A program made the translations under genes and the position numbers. A DNA stretch of 62,741 nucleotides, the filler included. It is 5 parts of 5 records of this genome, joined end to end, with 100 filler letters (N's around TTAATTAATTAA, not from the genome) between each part and the next. Parts side by side here need not be neighbours in the genome. Positions count along the whole stretch, not along the records: positions 1 to 22,146 come from DRR723986_4300; 4 more parts are not named here. One strand, 5' to 3'. The notes below the pieces were generated by a model that did no database searches, was not told where the DNA came from, and saw only the letters and a program-made list of their open reading frames with translations. Positions 11,171-20,531 of this stretch are shown in pieces. Positions within the stretch are counted from its first letter, which is position 1. Each line of letters begins with the position of its first letter.

Positions 11171-11524
11171 TCAGTTCGGGTCGAGGCGGATGATGTCGTC
11201 ATCCTCACTCGCGGCAAACGCGTCATCTTCGCCGGCGAAGACTGGACCGGGAATATCCTTGTTGAAATCAACCGACCCCAGCTGATCGGATCCGATGAGC
11301 CGGGGTTCGCTGGATGTGCCGCCAAGGTTCAGGTTCAGCGTGCCGCCGGAAACGGAGGTTTCCTGGACCGACCCAGGCAGGGAAAGGTTCAACGTGCCAG
11401 CTGGCTCCTGCACAGCGACCGTGTCAGTTGTTTCAGGAGAAGCCTTTGAATTCGATTCCGAGCAGGCAACACCAGCGAAAGCAGCTGAAGCAACGGCGAG
11501 GACGGTCATAAGTTTCATATTCAT
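11171..11524 (-). CDS. Hypothetical lipoprotein
   Basis: MNMKLMTVLAVASAAFAGVAC lipoprotein signal, AAGGA upstream, acidic low-complexity body. Confidence 0.65.
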   Translation of the reverse strand: MNMKLMTVLAVASAAFAGVACSESNSKASPETTDTVAVQEPAGTLNLSLPGSVQETSVSGGTLNLNLGGTSSEPRLIGSDQLGSVDFNKDIPGPVFAGEDDAFAASEDDDIIRLDPN

Positions 11525-11546
11525 GTCCTTGATCTTGTCCCTGAGA

Positions 11547-12497
11547 CTAGCGGCCTGCAAGCCTCTCCTGCACAGAGTCCCAGAAAATGGCAGGGATATC
11601 AATGCCGCTTAATTTCTTGATGGCCTGAACGCCCGTTGGGGACGTGACGTTAATCTCGGTCAGTCGCCCGCCGATGACATCGATACCCGTCAGAACCAGG
11701 CCGCGCTTGCACAGTTCCGGGCCGATGGCGTCACAGATCCGCTTGTCGGCGTCGCTGAGATCGGATTTTTCCGCTGTTCCGCCAACGACCAGGTTTGAGC
11801 GCACCTGACCGGATTTCGGGCGCCGGTTCAGCGCGCCGACGGCCTTGCCATCGACCAGCATGATTCGCTTGTCGCCTTCGCTGACCGCCGGAAGGAATGC
11901 CTGCACCATGACGGGCTCACGAGATTTCGAGAAAAACAACTCAAGCAAGGAGTCGAGATTGGAATCGTCTTCTTTCAGCCGGAATACGCCGGCGCCGCCA
12001 TGACCGTAGATTGGCTTGACGATGATGTCCTTGTAGCGCTCCCGGAAATCCTCGATTGCCGCCGGGTCGCGGCTGACCAGTGTCGGCGGCATCAGGTCAG
12101 GGAACATGAGCGGCAGAATCTTTTCCGGGCTGGAGCGCACACCAGCCGGATCGTTCAGCACCAGCGTCTCGCCACTGATGAGCTCCAGCATATGACAGGC
12201 GGTGATGTAGGAAAGGTCGAACGGCGGATCCTGACGCATCAGTACGACGTCGACATCCTTCGCGAGATCGAGCTTCACCGCTTCGCTGAAGACGCCGGGC
12301 GCACCCGGAACCCGCTGGACTTTTGCCGGCCGCACCCGCGCTGTGACGCGGGTGCCTTCAAGGCTCATGTCCTGAGGGCCATAGACAAAAAGCTCCATGC
12401 CGCGGGCCTGCGCCGTTTCGGCCAGGGCAAAAGTAGTGTCGCCATCGATATTGACGTGCTCAAGCGGATCCATCTGGATCGCGACGCGAAGACTCAT
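11547..12497 (-). CDS. gshB: Glutathione synthetase
   Basis: VAIQMDP, DTTFALA, MRQDPPFD, EGDKRI, RSNL..GG, TEINVTSPTG. Confidence 0.95.
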   Translation of the reverse strand: MSLRVAIQMDPLEHVNIDGDTTFALAETAQARGMELFVYGPQDMSLEGTRVTARVRPAKVQRVPGAPGVFSEAVKLDLAKDVDVVLMRQDPPFDLSYITACHMLELISGETLVLNDPAGVRSSPEKILPLMFPDLMPPTLVSRDPAAIEDFRERYKDIIVKPIYGHGGAGVFRLKEDDSNLDSLLELFFSKSREPVMVQAFLPAVSEGDKRIMLVDGKAVGALNRRPKSGQVRSNLVVGGTAEKSDLSDADKRICDAIGPELCKRGLVLTGIDVIGGRLTEINVTSPTGVQAIKKLSGIDIPAIFWDSVQERLAGR

Positions 12498-12537
12498 GGG
12501 GCGCTCCCGGTTGCAGGAACGCGAGCAGGGCGTCCCG

Positions 12538-13224
12538 TCAGTAACTTGCGCCGAGCAGCTCGGCGTCCGACCCATATGAGGTATCAGGGAGGTTTTGGTA
12601 AGAGGTCGGCTGGCCCTGCAGTTCCGGTTCCGGCGCATGGGCCTCCGGTTCGAGCAGGCGGACATAGGACACGACCTGCTTCACCCCCGCAACGACACTC
12701 GCCTCCTCGGCGGCCTTTTTCAGCTCTTTCGCCGAACGGGCCGTCCCCATGAGATAGACGATGCCGTCATAGGTCTCGACGTTGAAATTGAGGCTCTTGA
12801 CCGTTTTGGAGCCGATCAGCCGCGCCCGGACACGGCCGGTGATGACCTCGTCAGAGACATTGGCGATAAAGCCGCCCGGCGGTTCGATCTTGATCTCGTT
12901 CGCCACGTCTTTCGTGAGGGCGGCGCTCCACGCGATGCCTTCCGCCTTGACCCGGTCTTCCGGAAAATTCACCCGGCCGCTCAGCAGAACGAGGCCGTTT
13001 GCGACCTCGACATCCACCTCGGAGAATTTCTCGGTGTTCTCAGCCAGGAGTTTCGCTTTGATCTGGTTAGATACGTTCGCATCATCCAGTGCCTGGCCCA
13101 TCGTCTTGTCCTGCGCCGCCGTGAGTCCGACAGCGCCCGCCGTTCCCACCGCTGCGATCACACAACCGCCCAGCGGCAGCAGGAGTGTCAGGGACAGGGC
13201 GAGAGCGGGAAGGGGGGATTTCAT
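12538..13224 (-). CDS. BON-domain lipoprotein (DolP/YraP-like)
   Basis: Lipobox LGGC, two BON repeats (DD..I..KL...VLLSG; ITGRVRARL...VYLMG). Confidence 0.8.
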   Translation of the reverse strand: MKSPLPALALSLTLLLPLGGCVIAAVGTAGAVGLTAAQDKTMGQALDDANVSNQIKAKLLAENTEKFSEVDVEVANGLVLLSGRVNFPEDRVKAEGIAWSAALTKDVANEIKIEPPGGFIANVSDEVITGRVRARLIGSKTVKSLNFNVETYDGIVYLMGTARSAKELKKAAEEASVVAGVKQVVSYVRLLEPEAHAPEPELQGQPTSYQNLPDTSYGSDAELLGASY

Positions 13225-13408
13225 AGGCAACTCCGGAACGTTCGGGCGACGGTAGCGGCTTCTACTCGCAGCTTGGGGCGAAATTCTGGCAAGATGGCAG
13301 GTTGCAGCCCGGAGGCTGCAGCCAGCGCAACGGTGACAGACAATACGGGTTTCTTCTGGTTGTGAAGCGCCCCGCGTGATAATATGTGAAGATGAGTAAC
13401 CAGAAGGA

Positions 13409-13816
13409 ATGAAAACCCTGACTTCCAGCGCTCCGCGGCTCCAGGCCGCAAAGCAGGCCACCATCGAGGATATCCGTGCCGTGGCCCAGTCTCTCGCAAA
13501 GTCCCTTGAAGACGACAAGGCTGAAGATCTTCTCTTCATCGACCTTCAGGGCAAATCCTCGCTTGCCGATTTCATGATCATCGCGTCCGGCCGTTCCGGT
13601 CGCCACGTGGCTGCGCTTGCCGATCACATTTCACAGGAAGCGAAGAAGCTCACCGGCCGTCCGGCGAGCGTCGAAGGCATGCCGAATGCAGACTGGGTCC
13701 TGATCGATACAGGGGATGTGATCGTCCACCTGTTCCGGCCTGAAGTCCGGGAATTCTATAATCTGGAGAAAATCTGGGCATCAGATTCAGCCCACATGCG
13801 CAGCAAGGCCAACTAG
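13409..13816 (+). CDS. rsfS: Ribosome silencing factor RsfS
   Basis: LEDDKAED, IASGRSGRHV, DWVLIDTGDVIVHLFRPEVREFYNLEKIW. Confidence 0.95.
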   Translation: MKTLTSSAPRLQAAKQATIEDIRAVAQSLAKSLEDDKAEDLLFIDLQGKSSLADFMIIASGRSGRHVAALADHISQEAKKLTGRPASVEGMPNADWVLIDTGDVIVHLFRPEVREFYNLEKIWASDSAHMRSKAN

Positions 13817-13821
13817 GCGCC

Positions 13822-14286
13822 ATGCGCCTGACTTTCCTGGTGGTCGGCAAGATGAAGTCCGGCCCGGAACGCGAGCTTGTTGACGAATACGTCAAGCGCG
13901 CCCGGCCTGTGGCGCGTGGATTGGGCTTCCGGGGCATCGAAGAAGTCGAAGTGGCCAGTGGCGGCGGACTGGATGCCGAAGCCGAACGCCTCCTCGAAAA
14001 AATTCCGGCCGGCGCGCGTGTTCTGCGCCTTGATGAGTTCGGACCAGCCATGGGCTCCACCGATTTTGCCGGGAAACTCGCAAACTGGCGGGATCAGGGC
14101 ACGCCGGACCTGATTTTCCTGATTGGCGGGGCTGAGGGGTATGGCGATGCGGTGCGCAAATCCGCGCCTGACACGCTGGCCTTCGGGCCGCAGACCTGGC
14201 CGCACCGTTTCGTGCGGGCGATGCTGGCCGAGCAGGTTTACCGGGCGATGTCGATTCTTGCGGGAACGCCTTATCACAAGGCCTGA
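13822..14286 (+). CDS. rlmH: 23S rRNA pseudouridine-1915 N3-methyltransferase
   Basis: FLIGGAEG, TWPHRFVRAMLAEQVYRA..IL.GTPYHK; follows rsfS. Confidence 0.95.
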   Translation: MRLTFLVVGKMKSGPERELVDEYVKRARPVARGLGFRGIEEVEVASGGGLDAEAERLLEKIPAGARVLRLDEFGPAMGSTDFAGKLANWRDQGTPDLIFLIGGAEGYGDAVRKSAPDTLAFGPQTWPHRFVRAMLAEQVYRAMSILAGTPYHKA

Positions 14287-14309
14287 CAGCCCATGAGCGG
14301 CAAGGCCGT

Positions 14310-14423
14310 TCAGCCGGCGTAAAGCGAGGGCTGCGGAGCGAACGCCATAATGAACAGCACACCCGCCAGCGCCGCAAATGTTGCAAGCGTGACCCATCTT
14401 GAAAGGGCGGTCTGGGCGTTCAT
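14310..14423 (-). CDS. Putative 37-aa single-TM small protein
   Basis: MNAQTALSRWVTLATFAALAGVLFIMAFAPQPSLYAG; AAGGA 8 nt upstream of the ATG; lies in an otherwise empty gap. Confidence 0.35.
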   Translation of the reverse strand: MNAQTALSRWVTLATFAALAGVLFIMAFAPQPSLYAG

Positions 14424-14632
14424 CCTTGGCATCCTTCTGGCCGGTTTCCTTACCTGTCCCGATATGGGGACGGTGTTTCTTGATGAACACTTTCCAAACG
14501 GAATGGGTTCCATGCGCGGCTTGAATAAGGCAATTTCCGGGCCAGCGATGACACCTCGTTCATCTTGTTGATCCCGCCCCGTTCCCGGCCTAGACCAGAA
14601 ACTGACATCAAGCCGGTGCGGGAGACGAAGCA

Positions 14633-15940
14633 ATGTCAGGTTGGCGGGATTTCCTGAAAGTGTACTGGCCGCTGATTGCAGTCGCCGCGCTCGGCCTGAT
14701 CGCCGCGATGATGCTGATGGACCCGGCGCCTCCGAAAAAGATCCGCTTTGCGGCTGGCTCACCCGGCGGCGCCTATCATGCGTTTGCTGAGCGGTATCAG
14801 CGCCTGTTGCAGGAGCAGGGGGTGCAGGTTGACCTCGTCGATACGGCTGGGTCCATCGAAAATCTTCGGCTCCTCGACGATGGCGATGTGGACGTCGCCC
14901 TGGTTCAGGGCGGGCTTGCCTCACGGCAGGATCGTGAAGTGCTGAACTCGCTGGGAGGCCTGTTTCCGGAACCGTTCTGGGTCTTCGTGCGTGCTGGCAA
15001 CGGCATCAACGCGTTCGGGGATCTGCGCGGCTATCGCTTTGCCATCGGACCGGCCGGATCGGGGACGCGCTCTCTTGCATTGTCCCTGCAATCGGAATTT
15101 GGCGGTACCTGGCCAGCCGGTGCGCAGCTGACCCTGGCGGGCAGTGAAGCAGCCGATGCGCTGCGTGCCGGCACGGTGGATGCAGTGGCGTTCGCGGCAT
15201 CGGTGGAGGCACCCTATGTGCAGGACATGCTGCGCGATCCGGCGGTTGAATTACTGCCGTTCGAACGGGCGCCGGCGCTGGCGCGTCGGCAGGACGCCCT
15301 TTCTGCAGTCACGCTGCTACGCGGCGTCGTCGATATTGGTGCCGACATTCCGTCGGCGGACGTGCCGCTGGTCGCTCCGGTTGCTCAGCTCGCCATCCGC
15401 AAAGATGTGCACCCGGCCATCGAAGCGTTGCTGATTGATTCCGCGATGGCCATTCATGGGGATGGTTCCCTTCTGTCAGCGGCTGGCAGCTGGCCGGACC
15501 CCGATGCGACGGACTTGCCGATCTCCAGCCAGGCACGGCGGTATTACAGGGATGGCCCATCCTTCCTGCGGCGCTATTTCTCGTTCGACGTTGCCAACTT
15601 CCTCGACCGGGCCTGGGTGCTTGCGATCCCGCTGCTGACACTATTGTTCCCCCTCGTTCGCGCGGCGCCGCCGATTTACCGCTGGCGCGTGCGGCGGAAA
15701 ATCTACGTCTGGTACAAGGACATCCGGGAACTTGAATCCCGTGGGCGGGCCTCGCCTACCCCGGAGGAGCGGGCGCAGATCGTCAGGGAATTGCAGGACC
15801 TGCAGGAAGAGATCGGTGCGGTGGACGTGCCGCTGTCCTACACGGACGACCTCTACCGCCTGCGGAGCCATGTAGAGTTCGTCAAACAGCTGGTGATGAA
15901 CCCGAAAGGTTCTGTTTCGGCGCCAGCTCTGGGCGCCTAG
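14633..15940 (+). CDS. TAXI-family TRAP solute-binding-like protein with N- and C-terminal membrane segments
   Basis: AGSPGGAYH, TAGSIENL, VALVQGG, IGPAGSGT; C-terminal TM then YRWRVRRKIYVWY and a helical tail. Confidence 0.75.
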   Translation: MSGWRDFLKVYWPLIAVAALGLIAAMMLMDPAPPKKIRFAAGSPGGAYHAFAERYQRLLQEQGVQVDLVDTAGSIENLRLLDDGDVDVALVQGGLASRQDREVLNSLGGLFPEPFWVFVRAGNGINAFGDLRGYRFAIGPAGSGTRSLALSLQSEFGGTWPAGAQLTLAGSEAADALRAGTVDAVAFAASVEAPYVQDMLRDPAVELLPFERAPALARRQDALSAVTLLRGVVDIGADIPSADVPLVAPVAQLAIRKDVHPAIEALLIDSAMAIHGDGSLLSAAGSWPDPDATDLPISSQARRYYRDGPSFLRRYFSFDVANFLDRAWVLAIPLLTLLFPLVRAAPPIYRWRVRRKIYVWYKDIRELESRGRASPTPEERAQIVRELQDLQEEIGAVDVPLSYTDDLYRLRSHVEFVKQLVMNPKGSVSAPALGA

Positions 15941-15943
15941 AGC

Positions 15944-16675
15944 CTACCAGGTTTCGCACCAGGGCCTGAGGTCCAGCTCGTGCGTCCAGGCTGAGCGGTG
16001 CTGCTGGTGCAGCCAGACATAGTTCTTCGCAATCTCGTCCGGGATGAGCAGTCCGTCCCGCGCGCGCCGGTCAGCGGCGTCCGGCAGCATGTCCCGGATG
16101 AAAGCGGAATCGATGGCGCCATCGATCACCACATGCGCCACATGGATGCCATTCGGGCCAAGCTCCCGCGCCATCGACTGGGCGAGCGCCCGCAGCGCGT
16201 GCTTGGCACCGGCAAAAGCGGAGAAACCAGCCCCGCCCCGCATCGCAGCGGTGGCGCCCGTGAAGATGATGGTCCCGCGCCCGCGCGGGCTCATGACGCG
16301 GGCGGCTTCGCGACCGGCGAGAAAGCCGGCAAACGCCGCCATCTCCCAGACCTTCTGGTAGACGCGGCTTGTCATCTCCGTGATGGGGAAGCGAACATTT
16401 GCGCCGATATTGAAAACGCAGGCTTCGATCGGGCCCACTTCCGCCTCCACCTGGTCGAACAGCGCGATGGTTTCGTCTTCGCTGCGGGCGTCGACACCGA
16501 AGGCGCGGGCCTTGCCGCCTTCGGCCTCGATCGATCCGACCAGCGCATCGAGATCGGAGAAGTTACGCGGGCGGCGGGTGACGCAGGCCGTCAGGCCTTC
16601 GCGCGCGAAGGCCTTGGCAATCGCGCCGCCGGTCGCATCGCCCGCCCCAATGATCAGAGCTGCACCGTTTGCCAT
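15944..16675 (-). CDS. SDR family oxidoreductase
   Basis: IIGAGDATG, FTGATAAMRG, FAGAKHALR, HVAHVVIDG, AWTHELDLRP. Confidence 0.88.
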   Translation of the reverse strand: MANGAALIIGAGDATGGAIAKAFAREGLTACVTRRPRNFSDLDALVGSIEAEGGKARAFGVDARSEDETIALFDQVEAEVGPIEACVFNIGANVRFPITEMTSRVYQKVWEMAAFAGFLAGREAARVMSPRGRGTIIFTGATAAMRGGAGFSAFAGAKHALRALAQSMARELGPNGIHVAHVVIDGAIDSAFIRDMLPDAADRRARDGLLIPDEIAKNYVWLHQQHRSAWTHELDLRPWCETW

Positions 16676-16768
16676 GCCGAAAGCCTCCTCCAGTGTTTTG
16701 CAAACGCTCGCCGATCAAGGTGAGTTTGTAAAGAGAACTCACTCTTCAGCTGGGCTGAACCTGAGCGG

Positions 16769-17614
16769 TTAGCGCTGGCAGGACGGGCAGTAGAAGGTCG
16801 AACGGCCTGACTGGACGAGGCGCTTGATGGTTGTGCCGCAGGCCGGGCAGGGTTCGCCCCCGCGGTCATAGACGGCGAAGCGGTGCTGGAAATAACCCAG
16901 CTCTCCGCTGGCGCTGGCGAAGTCCGAGATGGAGGAACCGCCCGCCTCGATGGCCTCGGCGATGACATCATTGATGGCTGGGGCAAGCCGCGCGGCGCGC
17001 TGGCCGGGGATGCTTTGCGACAGGCGTTTCGGTGAGATCTTTGCCCGCCAAAGCGCCTCGCAAACATAAATGTTTCCAAGGCCCGCGATCACCGACTGGT
17101 CCAGCAGGGCGGCCTTGATGGGGGCCTTCTTGCCCTTCAGGGCGGTGTCGAGATAGGCGGCGGAGAAATGATTGCTCAGCGGCTCCGGCCCCATGGCCAT
17201 TAACCGTGGATAAGCCTGAAATTGTTCCGCAGGCCAGAGCTCCATGAAGCCGAACCGGCGGGGGTCATTATAGGTGACTATGTCATGGCTATCCAAGACC
17301 ATAACGACATGATCATGGGCCGGGTCCGTGCCTGTTTCATGCTTATAGCGGGCTGTTGCATGACCACTCACGGTGAAGCGTCCGGTCATGCCGAGATGCA
17401 TCACCAGAATCTCGCCGGAAGAGAGCTCCACCGTCAGGAATTTCGCCCGACGCCCGAGGCGCACGACCTTCTGCCCAGACACCCGTTCGGCGAAGCGTTC
17501 GGGGAAGGGGAAGCGCAGGTCTGCCCGGTTCTGGGTCAGCGACACGATCGTGCGGCCCTCCATGACGGGGGCGAGGCCGCGGCGAACTGTCTCGACTTCA
17601 GGTAATTCAGGCAT
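16769..17614 (-). CDS. mutM: Formamidopyrimidine-DNA glycosylase
   Basis: MPELPEVETV, HLGMTG, DPRRFG, GLGNIY, C-terminal zinc finger CPAC...CPSCQ. Confidence 0.97.
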   Translation of the reverse strand: MPELPEVETVRRGLAPVMEGRTIVSLTQNRADLRFPFPERFAERVSGQKVVRLGRRAKFLTVELSSGEILVMHLGMTGRFTVSGHATARYKHETGTDPAHDHVVMVLDSHDIVTYNDPRRFGFMELWPAEQFQAYPRLMAMGPEPLSNHFSAAYLDTALKGKKAPIKAALLDQSVIAGLGNIYVCEALWRAKISPKRLSQSIPGQRAARLAPAINDVIAEAIEAGGSSISDFASASGELGYFQHRFAVYDRGGEPCPACGTTIKRLVQSGRSTFYCPSCQR

Positions 17615-17662
17615 GGTTATGGCATATAGCCTAGGCAGTACGGGGTAACTATGGTGGCGCGC

Positions 17663-18466
17663 ATGTCTGCTGAACCTGAAACAGAGCGCCCGGACGGCGA
17701 ACGCAAAGTCTCCTTCGGATTCGAAGAGGTGACCGAAAGCGAGAAGGTGGCGCGCGTCAAAGGCGTGTTCCGCTCCGTTGCGTCGCGCTACGACCTGATG
17801 AACGACCTAATGTCCGCCGGCGTGCATCGCCTGTGGAAGCATGATGCGATGAACCGCGTGAACCCGCAGCCGGGTGAGCGTCACCTCGATGTGGCGGGCG
17901 GCACGGGCGAGCTGGCCCGGGCTTTCCTGGACCTCGCTGACAGGGCTGGCAAACGGCGCGGCATCGACAAGCCGGCGACCGCCATCGTGTCTGACATCAA
18001 TGATGCCATGCTGGAAGCGGGCAAGGCGCGGGCTGACAATGCGAAATGGGAAGGCCGGCTGGACTGGGTCTGCGCCGATGGCCAGAACCTGCCATGGGCG
18101 GACAACAGCTTTGACGTGGTCACCGTGTCTTTCGGTATTCGCAACTTTGCCGACCGGGTGGCCGGCCTGAAGGAATTCCGCCGCGTGCTGAAGCCGGGTG
18201 GCCGTCTCGCCGTGCTGGAATTCAGCCACATGACGGCGCCCGCCCTGCAGGCGGCGTATGACAAGTATAGCTTCAATGTGATTCCGCAGCTGGGCAGCCT
18301 CGTCGCGGGCGACAAGGAAAGCTACCAGTATCTCGTGGAGTCGATCCGGAAGTTCCCCGATCAGGAGACTTTCCGTACCGAGATCGAGAGCGCAGGGTTC
18401 TCGAACGTGTCCGTCACGAATTATTCGGGCGGCATCGCGGCCCTGCACTTCGGCTGGGCCGTCTGA
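17663..18466 (+). CDS. ubiE: Ubiquinone/menaquinone biosynthesis C-methyltransferase
   Basis: VFRSVASRYDLMNDLMSAG.HRLWK, LDVAGGTG, YQYLVESIRKFP. Confidence 0.93.
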   Translation: MSAEPETERPDGERKVSFGFEEVTESEKVARVKGVFRSVASRYDLMNDLMSAGVHRLWKHDAMNRVNPQPGERHLDVAGGTGELARAFLDLADRAGKRRGIDKPATAIVSDINDAMLEAGKARADNAKWEGRLDWVCADGQNLPWADNSFDVVTVSFGIRNFADRVAGLKEFRRVLKPGGRLAVLEFSHMTAPALQAAYDKYSFNVIPQLGSLVAGDKESYQYLVESIRKFPDQETFRTEIESAGFSNVSVTNYSGGIAALHFGWAV

Positions 18467-18468
18467 CG

Positions 18469-19989
18469 ATGGGGCTGATCGGGGATTACCGCCGCCTGAT
18501 GCGGGCCGGGGTGGCGCTGGCGCGGCATGATGTGATCCTGCCGGCGGACTATCAGTCGCGCCTGCCGATGGCTGCTCGGATTGCCGGCGGTACGCTGCGT
18601 TTGGTCACGGGCGGGGCGCGCGGACGTCCGGGTCAGCGTCTGGCGCGCGCTCTGGAAGGTCTCGGGCCGGCCTATATCAAGCTTGGCCAGTTCCTTGCCA
18701 CGCGGCCGGACGTGTTCGGTACGGAAGTCACTTCCGATCTTGACCACCTTAAAGACAAACTGCCGCCTTTCTCCATGAAAGCGGCCCGCGCGGCGCTCGT
18801 GGCAGAGTTTGGCGCAGCTGAAGCAGACCGTCTGTTTGCAGACCTTTCCGAGCCCGTGGCCGCAGCTTCACTGGCTCAGGTGCACCGGATGGACCTGCCC
18901 GATGGCGCACGGGCCGTAAAGATCCTGCGCCCGAAGATCGAGGAACAGCTCTCGAAAGAGCTGTCCGCAATGAAACGGGCGGCCCGCACCATTGAAGGCA
19001 TCTCCGCCGAGAGCCGCCGCCTGAAGCCGGTCGCCTTCACCGAAACCATCGCGACCGCCATGATGCGCGAGACCGACCTTCGCCTTGAAGCAGGCGGGGC
19101 CGATGAAATGCGCGCGCTCAGCGAGAAAAACGGCTATTTCCAAGTGCCGAAAATCGACTGGGACCGGACCGGCCGCCGTATACTGACCATGGACTGGGTG
19201 GAAGGCAAGTCACTGACCGACCCCTCCGCGCTGGACCGGCCGGATATCGACCGCAAGGCGTTGGCGAATGACATCACCCGGGGCTTCCTGACCAATGCCA
19301 TCGAGCACGGCGTTTTCCATGCCGACATGCATGAAGGCAATCTGATCCTGACGCCGGAAGGGAAGATCGCCCTCATCGATTTCGGCATCATCGGCCGTAT
19401 CGGCATGACCGAGCGGCGCTTTCTGGCGGAGATCCTATGGGGCTTCCTGAAGCGCGATTATGTCCGCGTCGCTGAAGTCCATTTCGAGGCTGGCTACGTT
19501 CCGGCATCCCAGTCGGTGGGTGAGTTCGCGCAGGCGCTGCGTACCATTGGTGAGCCGATCCATGGCAAGCCGGCCGAGGAAGTCTCCATGGGCCGGGTGC
19601 TGTTGCAGCTGTTCGACTACACTCATACGTTCGGCATGGCGCTGCGTCCGGAACTTGTCCTGCTGCAGAAGACGATGGTGCAGGTGGAAGGTGTCGCGCG
19701 CGCCATCGACCCGGCGCACAATATCTGGAACGCCTCCGAACCGGTCGTTGAAAGCTGGATCCGCCGCAGCTTCGGCCCCCAGGGCGCCGCGAAACTCATC
19801 TCGGACAATGTCCGTGAGGTGACGAATCGCCTGAAACGACTGCCGGAAGTGATGGACCGGTTCGAAGCCTTCATGGAGCATGAGCTGGAAGAGGCGCCTC
19901 CGCCGCCGAAGAAGCCGTTTGCGCCCTGGTGGGGTTGGTTCGGGCTTGTCGTGGCGCTGGCCGGTCTGGCAGTATGGGCCCTCAAATAG
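18469..19989 (+). CDS. ubiB: Ubiquinone biosynthesis kinase-like protein UbiB
   Basis: LGPAYIKLGQFLATRPD, AAASLAQVH, FHADMHEGN, DFGIIG; follows ubiE. Confidence 0.93.
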   Translation: MGLIGDYRRLMRAGVALARHDVILPADYQSRLPMAARIAGGTLRLVTGGARGRPGQRLARALEGLGPAYIKLGQFLATRPDVFGTEVTSDLDHLKDKLPPFSMKAARAALVAEFGAAEADRLFADLSEPVAAASLAQVHRMDLPDGARAVKILRPKIEEQLSKELSAMKRAARTIEGISAESRRLKPVAFTETIATAMMRETDLRLEAGGADEMRALSEKNGYFQVPKIDWDRTGRRILTMDWVEGKSLTDPSALDRPDIDRKALANDITRGFLTNAIEHGVFHADMHEGNLILTPEGKIALIDFGIIGRIGMTERRFLAEILWGFLKRDYVRVAEVHFEAGYVPASQSVGEFAQALRTIGEPIHGKPAEEVSMGRVLLQLFDYTHTFGMALRPELVLLQKTMVQVEGVARAIDPAHNIWNASEPVVESWIRRSFGPQGAAKLISDNVREVTNRLKRLPEVMDRFEAFMEHELEEAPPPPKKPFAPWWGWFGLVVALAGLAVWALK

Positions 19990-20014
19990 GAGGGCCAAAC
20001 AGGAGGGCAGGGCT

Positions 20015-20450
20015 ATGGCGCACCGGTGGATGCCAGTGCGGTCGCGTACGCTACGAAATGGATGTGCTGGAGCAGGCCCATGCCTGCCATTGCCGCATGT
20101 GCCAGAAGGTGACCGGCGGCTCCTTTGCCGTGCTCGTCGGTGCGCCCAAAGACAAGATCCGCTGGACGGCCACGCCGCCTGAAGAATTCCGGAGTTCGAA
20201 CCTCGCACGACGCGCCTTTTGCGAGGCCTGCGGCACACCGCTTGGCTTCACCTATGAGCTGCCCGATGCGCGCCAATATGTGACCATAGGCAGCCTGGAC
20301 CATCCGGAAGATGCGCCGATCCAGCACCAGTTTGGCCTCGAGTCGAAAGTCCCGTTCGTATCCTTCTGCGGGAATGTGCCCGGCGAGCGCACCGGCGATA
20401 CGCCAGCGGTAAGTGAATTTCTCGCGAGTATGACGTCCAACCAGGCGTGA
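20015..20450 (+). CDS. GFA (glutathione-dependent formaldehyde-activating/CENP-V) family protein; the RBS-linked ATG is out of frame, so possibly frameshifted
   Basis: TGGCQCG, CHCRMCQK, FCEACGT zinc motifs; ATG at 20015 follows AGGAGG but is in a different frame. Confidence 0.75.
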
Positions 20451-20531
20451 ACTCTCCTTAATGGAGTAAAGTGTTAACGCGCCTTAAGCATCGCCCTAGA
20501 CTGGCAGCAGTTCCCGATGAAAGGACCTGCT

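Noticed and set aside
14350-14571. 73-aa plus-strand ORF with a hydrophobic stretch
   Set aside because: No RBS, and it conflicts with a better-supported minus-strand microprotein; not fully excluded
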